Positions 28,226 to 38,239 of a stretch of DNA of 64,000 bases are shown in pieces. The notes under the pieces are model-generated. The model searched no databases, was not told where the DNA came from, and worked only from the letters and a program-made list of their open reading frames with translations. A program made the translations under genes and the position numbers. The stretch is taken from contig JAKFBS010000011.1 of the NCBI GenBank assembly GCA_036677065.1, positions 32,001 to 96,000 on the forward strand, read 5' to 3'. The stretch's first letter is position 1, and every line of letters starts with the position of its first letter. Origin of the DNA: Bdellovibrio sp. (GTDB taxonomy: Bacteria; Bdellovibrionota; Bdellovibrionia; Bdellovibrionales; Bdellovibrionaceae).

Positions 28226-29218
28226 ATGTCTGAAACATTACTAGAAGTTACAAATTTACGTACTCGTTATAAAACTGATGATGGCAATATCTTTCCGGTA
28301 GATGACATCTCTTTTCGTGTGAAAAAGGGTCAAACTCTAGGCATCGTGGGCGAATCAGGTTGTGGCAAATCACAAACTGCGCTTTCAATTATGCGCCTTA
28401 TTCAAAAACCAGGTGAGATCGTTTCTGGCGATGTGGTTTTTAAAGGCGAAAGCTTATTGAAAAAAACTGAAGATCAAATGCGTGAGATTTTAGGTAATCA
28501 AATGGCGATGATTTTTCAAGAGCCAATGACTTCGTTAAATCCGGTTTACACGATCGGTGATCAAATCGAAGAAAGCATTCGTCTTCACCAAAAAGGTTTA
28601 ACTAATTTAGAAATTAAAAATAAAGCGATCGATATGTTAAAGCTTGTGGGTATTCCTGCAGCTGACAAACGTTACCATGAGTATCCGCACCAGTTATCAG
28701 GCGGTATGCGCCAACGTGTGATGATCGCGATGGCAATGAGCTGTACACCGCAATTATTAATCGCGGATGAACCAACGACAGCACTTGATGTAACTATCCA
28801 AGCGCAGATCTTAGATCTAATGCGCAAAGTACAAAAAGAATTTCAAGCCGGTATGATTTTGATTACGCATGATCTAGGCGTAGTGGCTGAAATGTGCCAA
28901 GACGTTATTGTTATGTACGCTGGTAAAATTGTTGAGTACGGCACTGTAGAAGATATTTTCTACCGCCCGAAACATCCATACACTAAAGGTTTACTTGATT
29001 CTATTCCGCACTTTGAAACTGGCTCGCGCATGAAACAGTTAAATACAATTCCAGGCTTAGTTCCAAGCTTATACAGCCTACCTGTAGGTTGCCGTTTTCA
29101 AGAGCGTTGCAAATTCGTGCAAGAAAACTGTCGTCGTGCAGAACCTAATTTAGAAAACTTACGTGGCATTCATAAGGTCGCTTGTTATCATCCAGTTCAA
29201 TCAGAAGGAAATAACTAA
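28226..29218 (+). CDS. oppD: Oligopeptide ABC transporter ATP-binding protein
   Basis: [25 protein letters not shown]-terminal HPY and Cys cluster. Confidence 0.92.
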   Translation: MSETLLEVTNLRTRYKTDDGNIFPVDDISFRVKKGQTLGIVGESGCGKSQTALSIMRLIQKPGEIVSGDVVFKGESLLKKTEDQMREILGNQMAMIFQEPMTSLNPVYTIGDQIEESIRLHQKGLTNLEIKNKAIDMLKLVGIPAADKRYHEYPHQLSGGMRQRVMIAMAMSCTPQLLIADEPTTALDVTIQAQILDLMRKVQKEFQAGMILITHDLGVVAEMCQDVIVMYAGKIVEYGTVEDIFYRPKHPYTKGLLDSIPHFETGSRMKQLNTIPGLVPSLYSLPVGCRFQERCKFVQENCRRAEPNLENLRGIHKVACYHPVQSEGNN

Positions 29219-29220
29219 TC

Positions 29221-30192
29221 ATGGCACAACAACCACTTCTTACCGTTGATAATGTTGTAAAACACTTTCCGATTCATGGCGGATTATTTTCTCGTCAAAT
29301 CGCCGCTGTTAAGGCCGTACAAAATATTTCATTTACTTTAAACAAAGGTGAAACGCTTGGCCTAGTTGGCGAATCAGGTTGTGGTAAATCTACACTTGGT
29401 CGTTGTTTGATTCGTTTAATCGAACCAACTTCTGGAAAAATTATTTTCAACGGCGAAGACATCACGCATGTTGATTCAAACCGTATGCGCGATTTACGTC
29501 GTAAAATGCAAATCATCTTCCAAGATCCGTATGCTTCTTTAAATCCGCGCATGACGATCGGTGCGATTTTAGAAGAGCCTTTAGTTATTCATAATCTTTA
29601 CCCGAATGAAAAAGAGCGCCAAGAACGCGTGCAAGAATTAGTTAAACTTGTTGGTCTTCGCCCTGAACATTTATCACGCTACCCGCATGAGTTTTCAGGC
29701 GGACAACGTCAACGTGTGGGTATTGCCCGTGCGTTAGCGGTAAATCCAGAAATCATCATCTGTGATGAACCGGTTTCTGCCTTAGACGTTTCTATCCAAG
29801 CGCAAGTGATTAACTTGCTAATGGAACTTCAGCAAAAACTGGGTTTAACTTATATCTTCATCGCCCATGACTTAAAAGTTGTTGAGCACGTTTCAACAAA
29901 AGTGGCGGTGATGTACTTAGGTCAAATCGTTGAGATGGCTGAAGCTGATGAACTTTATAAAAATCCGCAACATCCTTACACAAAAGCGTTGCTGTCAGCC
30001 ATTCCGGTACCAGACCCTAAACCACGCCCAGAGCGCATTATCCTTACAGGGGATGTGCCATCGCCAATCGCGCCGCCTCCAGGTTGTTATTTTAACCCAC
30101 GCTGCCCGATGGCTACTGCAGAATGTACGATGACAAAACCTGAGTTAGTTGAAAAATCACCGGGCCACTTTGTAAGTTGTTTAAAGGTTTAA
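29221..30192 (+). CDS. oppF: Oligopeptide ABC transporter ATP-binding protein
   Basis: [31 protein letters not shown]. Confidence 0.92.
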   Translation: MAQQPLLTVDNVVKHFPIHGGLFSRQIAAVKAVQNISFTLNKGETLGLVGESGCGKSTLGRCLIRLIEPTSGKIIFNGEDITHVDSNRMRDLRRKMQIIFQDPYASLNPRMTIGAILEEPLVIHNLYPNEKERQERVQELVKLVGLRPEHLSRYPHEFSGGQRQRVGIARALAVNPEIIICDEPVSALDVSIQAQVINLLMELQQKLGLTYIFIAHDLKVVEHVSTKVAVMYLGQIVEMAEADELYKNPQHPYTKALLSAIPVPDPKPRPERIILTGDVPSPIAPPPGCYFNPRCPMATAECTMTKPELVEKSPGHFVSCLKV

Positions 30193-30193
30193 G

Positions 30194-30469
30194 ATGAAAT
30201 TATTTTTATCGCTTATTACGTTAGTTAGTTTTATTTCAAACGCCCAAGCTGAAGAGACTTTGGTTGAAAAAGCAGAAGCTACAGCTAAATCTGTAGTTCG
30301 TGAAGTTAAAAAAGGCGCTAACCGCGCCGAAGAAATGGCTTGCGGTAAATTAACAGGTGATAGCAAGGCAACTTGTCTTGCTAAAAAAGCTAAAAACCGT
30401 GTTACTGAAACGACAGACACCGTTGTCGATAAAGCTGACGAAATCAAAAAATCAGTCGATTCTAAATAG
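30194..30469 (+). CDS. Small secreted helical hypothetical protein
   Basis: Signal peptide; Lys/Ala/Glu-rich; one Cys pair. Confidence 0.7.
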   Translation: MKLFLSLITLVSFISNAQAEETLVEKAEATAKSVVREVKKGANRAEEMACGKLTGDSKATCLAKKAKNRVTETTDTVVDKADEIKKSVDSK

Positions 30470-30477
30470 TTTTTTGC

Positions 30478-30502
30478 GTGGTCACTGTCTCATAGTGACC
30501 AC
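30478..30502. terminator. Inverted repeat after the opp operon
   Basis: GTGGTCACT-N7-AGTGACCAC; no clear U-tract. Confidence 0.35.
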
Positions 30503-30599
30503 TGTCTTATCTTAATTTGAGAATATTAAACTATACGTGGTTTTCACGTTTTCTGCTCTGATATCCTATAGGTAGCTATCTTTTCTTAAGGGAGTACTT

Positions 30600-31730
30600 A
30601 TGGGACGTCTTGCCTGGAATTTTCAGCTTTCGTTTTTATTAATTTTTTTATTGGCGATGAATGTTAATGCTGGTGGTGCCATCGCCGGTAAAGTCACAAT
30701 TCTAAAAGGCAAAGTTTTTTTCGAACGCGGCGGACAAAAAATCCAAATTAAAAAAGACGATACGGTTTTAGAATCAGACACCATCGAAGCTGAAGTGGGA
30801 ACTGCGCGCATTACGATGATTGATTCTAACTTAATCGATATTTACCCGAAGACAAAAATTACAATCTCAAAATATGTTTACAAGCCAAATCAAGATCAAA
30901 AAGAAGTCGATTTAAAAATCGATTTTGGTAAAATCAAATCCACTGTTATTCAAAAATATGATGGCGCTAAAAGTAAGTTTCAAATCAAAACTCCTGCAGC
31001 TGTTGCCGGTGTACGCGGAACAGTATTTACTGCTGAATATGATAACATTAAAAAAGTTGCTAAAATTGTAACGATTGAAGGTTTAGTTGCCGTTGCTAAA
31101 TTACTTGAAGACAACAAACAATCGGCGCCAGTGTTTGTACGCCCTGATCAAGTGGTCAAAGTTGATGCCGAGCAAACCAACTCTGAACAGCCCCGTGATC
31201 TAACGCCCGAAGAGCACGATAGCCGCAAAAAAGAAGATAAAGATTTAGGTTATCAGTATGATCCAAAAAATGAAGCAACACCGCCGACACCGCCAAGCGC
31301 TAACAATCCACCACCACAGCCACCGGCAGGCGGTCCTGCGCAAGGACAACCGAATCAACCACCAGTCACTGCTGGCGACACGCAAAGCAATCCACCAGCT
31401 ACGACCGAAACTGCAAATCGCGGCGCAAATCCAGAGCCACCCAAAGAGCCCGTTAAACAAATCAAAGAATCTGTGACTTCAACTGTGAAGCATTCAAGTG
31501 ATCGCCAGCAACAGCAACAACAGCAGCTAGCACAACGTCGCCAAAAACAGCTCGAAGACGAGCAAGCCAGAAAACAGAAACAGTTAGAAGAAGAAATGAG
31601 AAAACGTCAGCAATTAGAAGCGCAAAGAGCCGAGGCCGCCCGACGTCTGGCAGAAACTACGATTATCAATAGACCCCCGGCGACCACCGTGCCATCGACT
31701 CCAAGCCCGGGCGCGAATTCTCCGTATTAG
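30600..31730 (+). CDS. Secreted FecR-domain protein with Pro-rich and charged helical tail
   Basis: Signal peptide; GKVTILKG..DTI..FQIKTPAAVAGVRGTVF..EGLVAV. Confidence 0.85.
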   Translation: MGRLAWNFQLSFLLIFLLAMNVNAGGAIAGKVTILKGKVFFERGGQKIQIKKDDTVLESDTIEAEVGTARITMIDSNLIDIYPKTKITISKYVYKPNQDQKEVDLKIDFGKIKSTVIQKYDGAKSKFQIKTPAAVAGVRGTVFTAEYDNIKKVAKIVTIEGLVAVAKLLEDNKQSAPVFVRPDQVVKVDAEQTNSEQPRDLTPEEHDSRKKEDKDLGYQYDPKNEATPPTPPSANNPPPQPPAGGPAQGQPNQPPVTAGDTQSNPPATTETANRGANPEPPKEPVKQIKESVTSTVKHSSDRQQQQQQQLAQRRQKQLEDEQARKQKQLEEEMRKRQQLEAQRAEAARRLAETTIINRPPATTVPSTPSPGANSPY

Positions 31731-31888
31731 CGTAATTGGTTGATACTAAATAAATTTTAATTCAATAGTTTGCTTTTATTGTCGAACAATAAATCACCTC
31801 GCATCTTAATTTGAGAATGTTAAAGAATACATGGTTTTCGCATTTTTCCCGCTGCTATCCTGTAGGTAGATATTTAACGGGGAGATCT

Positions 31889-33280
31889 ATGGCACGTCTT
31901 TTGGGAAAGTTACGACTTTCATTCTTAACAGTTTTTTTACTAGTCTTTAACGCAAATGCAGCTGGCACGATTGCTGGCAAAGTTACGATTTTGAAAGGCC
32001 AAGTTTTTATTCAACGTGGTGGACAAAAAATCCAAGTCAAAAAAGACGATACCATTTTAGAATCAGACATTATCGAATCAGAAGCCGGTACGGCCCGTAT
32101 TACGATGATCGATTCAAACTTAGTCGACGTTTATCCGCGATCAAAAGTTGAAATCGCAAAATACATTTACAAACCAAATGAAGATCAAAAAGAAGTCGAA
32201 TTAAAAATCGATTTCGGTAAAATCAAATCTACAGTTAATCAAAAATATGACGGGGCTAAAAATAAATTCCAGGTGAAAACACCATCAGCAGTAGCCGGTG
32301 TTCGCGGAACAGTATTTACTGCTGAATACGACAGAATTAAAAAAGTTTCTAAAGTCGTAACCATCGAAGGGTTAGTTGCTGTATCTAAAATGCTTGATCG
32401 CGAAAGACAAACGCCTCCGGTATTTGTACGTCCCGATCAGGTTGTAAAAGTTGATGTTGAACAATCAAAAGCTGAACAACCGCGCGATTTAAAACCAGAA
32501 GAGCGCGATGTTCGCCAACAAGAAGATAAAGACTTAGGTTACCAATACGATCCTAAAAAAGAACCAAGTCTAGAACAACAACCTACTGGTGCTGTCAAAG
32601 AACCGGTAAAAGAAATCAAAGAAATCGTCGTTCGCGAAGTTAAAGAAATTCGTGAACCGATTAAAGAAATTGCTGTTGTAGAACCTGTTAAAGACACGGC
32701 TGTTGTTAAAGAACAAATTAAAGAGCGTCGTAAAGAATTCAAAGAACGACTTAAAGAACTTAAAGAAGTAAGACGCGCTAAAGACGATGAGCCAATTAAA
32801 GAAATTAGCGTTCGCCCGCCGGTCGTTAATGAAATGCCGCCGCGCGAACCTGTTAAACAAATCAAAGAAACTATCACCACTGCAGTAAATAACTCGGGCA
32901 AGCGTGAACAATTGCAACAGCAAGCTCAAGAGCGCCGTCAAAAACAGCTCGAAGAAGAACAAGGCAAAAAACAGAAGCAATTAGAAGAAGACCAGGCTCG
33001 AAAACAAAAACAGTTAGAAGAAGAGCAGGTCAAAAAACAAAAGCAATCTGAAGAAGAACAAGCCAAGAAACAAAAACATCTCGAAGAAGAGCAAGCTAAA
33101 AAGCAGAAGCAGTCTGAAGTCGCACAGGCAAAAAGACGGGCCATGGAAGAAGCTCAGAAAAAATCTGAGTTAGCTCGTCGTCTGGCTGAAATTGCAAAAC
33201 GCGGTTCAGTCATCAGACCTCCGTCTGGAATAGACACTGGCCTGACACCTCCGAATACAATTACTCCTATCAATAAATAA
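31889..33280 (+). CDS. Secreted FecR-domain protein (tandem paralog) with long charged tail
   Basis: N-domain nearly identical to 30600 (FQVKTPSAVAGVRGTVF); start after a GGGGAG SD. Confidence 0.85.
   Translation: MARLLGKLRLSFLTVFLLVFNANAAGTIAGKVTILKGQVFIQRGGQKIQVKKDDTILESDIIESEAGTARITMIDSNLVDVYPRSKVEIAKYIYKPNEDQKEVELKIDFGKIKSTVNQKYDGAKNKFQVKTPSAVAGVRGTVFTAEYDRIKKVSKVVTIEGLVAVSKMLDRERQTPPVFVRPDQVVKVDVEQSKAEQPRDLKPEERDVRQQEDKDLGYQYDPKKEPSLEQQPTGAVKEPVKEIKEIVVREVKEIREPIKEIAVVEPVKDTAVVKEQIKERRKEFKERLKELKEVRRAKDDEPIKEISVRPPVVNEMPPREPVKQIKETITTAVNNSGKREQLQQQAQERRQKQLEEEQGKKQKQLEEDQARKQKQLEEEQVKKQKQSEEEQAKKQKHLEEEQAKKQKQSEVAQAKRRAMEEAQKKSELARRLAEIAKRGSVIRPPSGIDTGLTPPNTITPINK
32939..33118 (+). repeat. 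33-nt / 11-aa coding tandem repeat (QKQLEEEQxKK), about 5.5 copies
   Basis: QKQLEEEQGKK QKQLEEDQARK QKQLEEEQVKK QKQSEEEQAKK QKHLEEEQAKK QKQSE. Confidence 0.85.
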
Positions 33281-33367
33281 TAAATCGCTGCGACTTACTC
33301 GGCTTTAGGTAAGTCCAGTCTCTTTTTAACGATGATCAAGCCTAACGCCTTATGATAAATTTATATC

Positions 33368-34939
33368 GTGAGGCATTTCATCTTTGTACTACTTCTCATT
33401 CACTGTTTTTCATTAACGGCATATGCCGTTAATTTAAAATATATAAACGGCCTATACTTACATAAAAATTGTGAGTACTTTGCCCGCGATCTTAAAAGTA
33501 ATTGGGATATCATTCCCGAAAACGAAAGAAACGACTACCTGGCAAAGCTTGCAGATTGTTCTGTAGACCGCGGCCAATTAGAATTTGCTGAATCATTATT
33601 TAATAATCTTGAACGCAAAGGTTATAAATCTTCAATTTTAAACCAGGCTAAAGCTAAACTTGATCTTTCGCGCAGTGATTTTAAGCGCATTACCGATGAT
33701 TACGAATTGAAAAAACCTAAAAAAGCGACTTTTCAGTATTACATCTACGTAGCGCAAAGTTATTACGAACAAGAAGACTATGATTCTTCGCTGAAAATTT
33801 TAAGTTATATCAGCCCGAATAAACTAACTGATTACCAAAGAAATATAATTCGCTACTGGAAAGCTAAAAATTATTTTTTAAAAGACGAATACGACAAAAC
33901 GACCTATTTTTTAGATTTAATCTTAGAAGATGATGAAGAACGCGGTTGGGTTAAAGATGCTGCCCAGGTCTTAAAAAATGCCGTTCATGATAAATACAGA
34001 CCCTTTCGTGCAGTGATTTATTTAAATGCCACTTACGACACAAATACCAACAAACAATCTGTCGTCGAAAATCTGACGTTAAATGATAAACCAGCGTCTT
34101 ACATCATCGACGGAACATATCGAATAAACCCATCGCTTGATTTTTATATCAGAAAAGACCGCACGACAAAAAAATACATCAATCTTGATTTCAGCTTTGC
34201 GTGGTCTAGTAAAGAAACCGCCAACGAATCAGAAACCTATTCCATTAAATTCAGAAATTCTAAAAAAACTGATTCACGCAATACTTTTTCTTGGGATTTA
34301 GGTTTAACTAAATCACAACTTGAATTTTTAGATGCGTCTAATGATGCCTTTTTACGCTTAGGTTTATTTCATCTAATCACTGACGATAAATTTGCTACCG
34401 CGACATATCGTTACAGCCGAAATATTGAATTTCAGTACAAATATGCTCACACCGTTTCACTTTCGCTATTTAAAGTCTATGACACGCAACTGCTTTACGG
34501 CACGATTTCGCATAGCCAAAATTTTGATGAAGCTGCTAGGTATGATTTTGATGGTTTTTCTGCACCTATCGCCGAAAGTGGAACCGTTTTTGGTAATTAT
34601 GGCATAACCAGCATTGATTTAGCCCACAGTATTGATTTCACTGATGAGCACTCATTACGAACACAATTGTCTTACTCAAACACAGCCTACCAGGCTGAAG
34701 ACTTACCTGCCGGCTCTGAAGCTTTAACCAACTCAACAGCTAAGCGCAGTGATCAGACTTATAGTTTTTCTTTGGTGTATGCCAATAAATACGATGCAGA
34801 AACAAACATTGAACTTTTCGCGACAGCTATTTTAGGCAGAAGTCACGGCCACCAAGGCTATATTTCTGCCGGTGAATTCAGTCACAAAAATTACACAGCT
34901 AACCAATTTGGTATTAATTTAGATTGGACCTATGAATAG
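33368..34939 (+). CDS. TPR-like + predicted outer-membrane beta-barrel protein
   Basis: Signal peptide; helical TPR-like N-half; YDTN barrel-entry motif; alternating strands; C-terminal FGINLDWTYE. Confidence 0.65.
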   Translation: MRHFIFVLLLIHCFSLTAYAVNLKYINGLYLHKNCEYFARDLKSNWDIIPENERNDYLAKLADCSVDRGQLEFAESLFNNLERKGYKSSILNQAKAKLDLSRSDFKRITDDYELKKPKKATFQYYIYVAQSYYEQEDYDSSLKILSYISPNKLTDYQRNIIRYWKAKNYFLKDEYDKTTYFLDLILEDDEERGWVKDAAQVLKNAVHDKYRPFRAVIYLNATYDTNTNKQSVVENLTLNDKPASYIIDGTYRINPSLDFYIRKDRTTKKYINLDFSFAWSSKETANESETYSIKFRNSKKTDSRNTFSWDLGLTKSQLEFLDASNDAFLRLGLFHLITDDKFATATYRYSRNIEFQYKYAHTVSLSLFKVYDTQLLYGTISHSQNFDEAARYDFDGFSAPIAESGTVFGNYGITSIDLAHSIDFTDEHSLRTQLSYSNTAYQAEDLPAGSEALTNSTAKRSDQTYSFSLVYANKYDAETNIELFATAILGRSHGHQGYISAGEFSHKNYTANQFGINLDWTYE

Positions 34940-34949
34940 GAGCAAAACT

Positions 34950-35639
34950 ATGAACCAACAAGTTAAATGGTGTTTTTACGATCCCGAAACAAAAACTAAA
35001 ACTGCCGATCTAGCTACTGACGAAGCGCAAATGACCATTTTAAAAATGCGCCCAAAAGATATCAACCGTTTCTATTTTTCGCGCAGTGATGACAGCGCCT
35101 GGAAGCCTTTAAAGTTATTAATGACCTCAAGTGCATCTCCGTTTGCCGGTTTAGCTTTACTGACTTCAATGGGAGCAGAAAAAACCGCACAGCCTGTAGC
35201 TAACCCCAAACTAAAAATGCACCCGGTAGATCGTGGCACACAAGACGAAATCGAACGCACATTTACAAATTCTTGCATTGATAATAATAAAACATTAGCC
35301 GTAAGTTTTAAAAAACCATTAGCCCATAAAATCGAAATCGTCATCATGAACAAACAAGGCATGATTTTTCGGGCAAATGCGATCAATGCCACACAAGAAG
35401 GTACTCTGTGTGATAAGGTTATTCCCAATCATTTCCACAATACAATTCTTGATGTGGTTATTATTAACTCTGCAGCAGCCAATAAATTTTTTGAAAAAAT
35501 TAAAATCACCGGAAAAATCGCAACCACTGGTAATGGCCAGTACTTAGAATTTAATTTTCCAGCTGATGCTTTACGTAGTCAGCTAGTTGAAAGTTTAAAT
35601 TTTTGCGAGAACAACTCACACCGTAAAAAAGCTATTTAA
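34950..35639 (+). CDS. Degenerate PilZ-like protein, paralog of 40465
   Basis: N- and C-domains align by eye with 40465..41301; c-di-GMP motifs are eroded (NATQEG). Start 34950 after AGGAG. Confidence 0.55.
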   Translation: MNQQVKWCFYDPETKTKTADLATDEAQMTILKMRPKDINRFYFSRSDDSAWKPLKLLMTSSASPFAGLALLTSMGAEKTAQPVANPKLKMHPVDRGTQDEIERTFTNSCIDNNKTLAVSFKKPLAHKIEIVIMNKQGMIFRANAINATQEGTLCDKVIPNHFHNTILDVVIINSAAANKFFEKIKITGKIATTGNGQYLEFNFPADALRSQLVESLNFCENNSHRKKAI

Positions 35640-38239
35640 TGAAAATCAAAATCTACGGAATCATTTTAGCCAGCATACTTTTTTTAAGCTTTGTCATGCT
35701 TAATTTAAAGTATAAAAGCATTCAAAATAATCCCGAGGTTGTTGAAAACAATGTTTTTTATAGTTTTTTATTCGAATTTAATAATAAAATTTACGACACC
35801 TTTTACAAAAACAAAGCCGAACGCCAAAAAAGTGATAATGTTTTTTTAATCGATATTGACGAAGATTCTGTGCGTGAATTAGGACGCTGGCCTTGGTCGC
35901 GCGAAATTATCGCGACGATCTGGGAAAACAGCATGAAAAACGGCGTCAAAGTTATCGCCAATGATATTATCTTTTCAGAAGCGCAAAATAAGAAAGCCGA
36001 TGGCCGCTTAGAAGAAGTTATTAAAAAATACCCGGCACAAATTATCTTAGGCACCTTCGGCGAAGGCCCGATTGCTTATGGTAACCCACCCTATCAAGAT
36101 TATTGTTTTGTCGAATCATTTCGCCGCAGCGGCGGCGATAAAATTGTGACTTTAAATGCCACTTTAACATTTGATGATAGTAATTCACAATTTGAGCAGG
36201 TTTTTTTCAGTAATGAACTAAAAGCGATATTTGATGATCTTGATCAACAGTTTGAACAAACCTATTTAGCACGTATTAATAAAAAATCGCTGCAAGATTT
36301 AGATTTTTATCAGAAAAATAGTCTTGCGTCTGAAAAAAGTCGTAATTTAGTCAGCTACTGCTTTCGTTGGCTGCAAGATGACGATGAGTATTTACGAAGT
36401 GCCGGGCAGGATTTATTAAAATCTTATAATGCAAGTTTAGACCGAATTCCCGGATACGAAAAATTGCCATCTTTAAATGATAAAATCAAAAAATTTAAAG
36501 ATGATGTAAATCAATTATTAGTTCCACAGTTCGCCACGTGGCCAGCCAATATTTCTGAAATTCAAACGGCTGCCGAATACACAGCTACGTTTAATGCTGA
36601 TATAGATTTTGATGGTGTGATCCGCCATTACCCGTTGATCTACCGCTCGGGTAATAAAACGAATTTGAGCTTTATCCCGTCATTGGCTTTACAAGCTTAT
36701 TTATTAGCTACCGGCTATCAGGCTGTCTTTTACCCTAAAGTAGAAAACAATATTAAAACCATCAACAGCGTAGTTATTCGTGATATCGAAAATGAAAAAG
36801 ATGTGATGTCGCTGCCGGTTGATTCAAATGGTCGTTTAAATATTAATTATTACGGCCGCGGAAATTCAATTCCTTACGTGTCAGCCCGCGATTTATTTCA
36901 TGATGATAACCCCGAAATGGTGGTGCAGTTAAATGGCCGTGCCACAACCGTGAATAAAGCCCAATGGCTTAAAGGTAAAGCCGCTGTTATGGGACCAACC
37001 GCAACAGGCATCTTCGATTTACGAAACACTCCGGTAGAAACAGCTTTACCTGGAGTAGAAATCCATTTAACCGTATTAGGTAATCTGTTTGATCAAACCT
37101 TTATGAAGGTTTCACAAAATGAATTTAAAATTTCAGTTTTTGTTCTACTATTTCTGACGATTTCCATTGTCGGGCTATTTCTATATAGTAATTTATTTAT
37201 CGCTTCATTATATTTATTAGTCGTTAATTATGGCTTATATAAAGTGGCCTTACACAACTTTAATAAAAACCTGTATTTTGAGCTTTTAGCACCAGCAGTT
37301 ATATTTACAGTTTCTATATACATCGTCTTTTTGATTTATATTTATTTCTTCGAAACCAGAAAGTCTAAAGAAATTAAGAACACTTTCTCAAAATATGTCT
37401 CTAAAGAAATCGTTGAAGAAATTTTAAAAAATCAGGAAAACCTTGAGCTTAAGGGTCAAAAATTAAAAATGACCGTGTTCTTTTCTGATATCAGAAGTTT
37501 TACAACTCTTTCTGAAGAAATGGACCCACAAGAATTATCATTAATGTTAAATAAATACTTTACCCCCATGTCAGAGATCATCTTTGGCTCTAATGGTACT
37601 ATTGATAAATTTATGGGTGATGCGATTATGGCCTTATTTGGAGCTCCGCTCAATTACCCGGATCACCCGCAAAAAGCTTGCACTGCCGCACTCCGCTGTA
37701 TTGAAAAATTAAAAGATGTAAATATCGAATTAAAAAAACGTAACTGGCCAGAACTAAAAATTGGTATCGGTCTTAACACCGGCATCATGGTTGCCGGCAA
37801 TATCGGTTCAGATCAAATCCAAAGTTATACGGTGATCGGCGATGAAGTGAATTTGGGTCAGCGTTTAGAAAGTTTAACGAAGACTTATCAGGCTAAAATT
37901 TTAATTTCGGAAAGTACTTATTTAGAAGTCAAAAATGAATTTATCGCCCGCGAAGTCGATAATGTGCGCGTTAAGGGTAAAAACCGTGCCGTTAAAATTT
38001 ACGAATTAATTGCACACCGTAAAACTCATCCAGATATGGCATTTTTTGATTCTTACCATCAAGCTTTACAGCAGTTTTATGCAAAACAATTCAGTGAAGC
38101 TGAAATAGCTTTTACCGAATTGTTAAAACAAAAGCCCGATGATTTTTTAACTCAGATGTATCTAGAACGTTCTGCCTACTGCTTGAAAAATCCAGTTCCT
38201 GAAACCTGGGACGGCGTATTTGAACGCCGTAAAACTTAA
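35639..38239 (+). CDS. CHASE2-domain class III adenylate cyclase
   Basis: LIDIDEDS..LGRWPWSR (CHASE2), PGVEIH, three TMs, FSDIRSFT, DKFMGDAIMA, YTVIGDEVNLGQRLE, VKGK; C-terminal TPR-like helix and WDG. Confidence 0.93.
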   Translation: MKIKIYGIILASILFLSFVMLNLKYKSIQNNPEVVENNVFYSFLFEFNNKIYDTFYKNKAERQKSDNVFLIDIDEDSVRELGRWPWSREIIATIWENSMKNGVKVIANDIIFSEAQNKKADGRLEEVIKKYPAQIILGTFGEGPIAYGNPPYQDYCFVESFRRSGGDKIVTLNATLTFDDSNSQFEQVFFSNELKAIFDDLDQQFEQTYLARINKKSLQDLDFYQKNSLASEKSRNLVSYCFRWLQDDDEYLRSAGQDLLKSYNASLDRIPGYEKLPSLNDKIKKFKDDVNQLLVPQFATWPANISEIQTAAEYTATFNADIDFDGVIRHYPLIYRSGNKTNLSFIPSLALQAYLLATGYQAVFYPKVENNIKTINSVVIRDIENEKDVMSLPVDSNGRLNINYYGRGNSIPYVSARDLFHDDNPEMVVQLNGRATTVNKAQWLKGKAAVMGPTATGIFDLRNTPVETALPGVEIHLTVLGNLFDQTFMKVSQNEFKISVFVLLFLTISIVGLFLYSNLFIASLYLLVVNYGLYKVALHNFNKNLYFELLAPAVIFTVSIYIVFLIYIYFFETRKSKEIKNTFSKYVSKEIVEEILKNQENLELKGQKLKMTVFFSDIRSFTTLSEEMDPQELSLMLNKYFTPMSEIIFGSNGTIDKFMGDAIMALFGAPLNYPDHPQKACTAALRCIEKLKDVNIELKKRNWPELKIGIGLNTGIMVAGNIGSDQIQSYTVIGDEVNLGQRLESLTKTYQAKILISESTYLEVKNEFIAREVDNVRVKGKNRAVKIYELIAHRKTHPDMAFFDSYHQALQQFYAKQFSEAEIAFTELLKQKPDDFLTQMYLERSAYCLKNPVPETWDGVFERRKT

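Noticed and set aside
32939..33118. 33-nt periodic repeats as a possible CRISPR array
   Set aside because: In-frame coding repeats with synonymous variation, no spacers and no cas genes.
32539..33144. Several minus-strand ORFs with repetitive Cys/Ser/Phe sequence
   Set aside because: Antisense shadows of the Glu/Lys/Gln-rich FecR tail.
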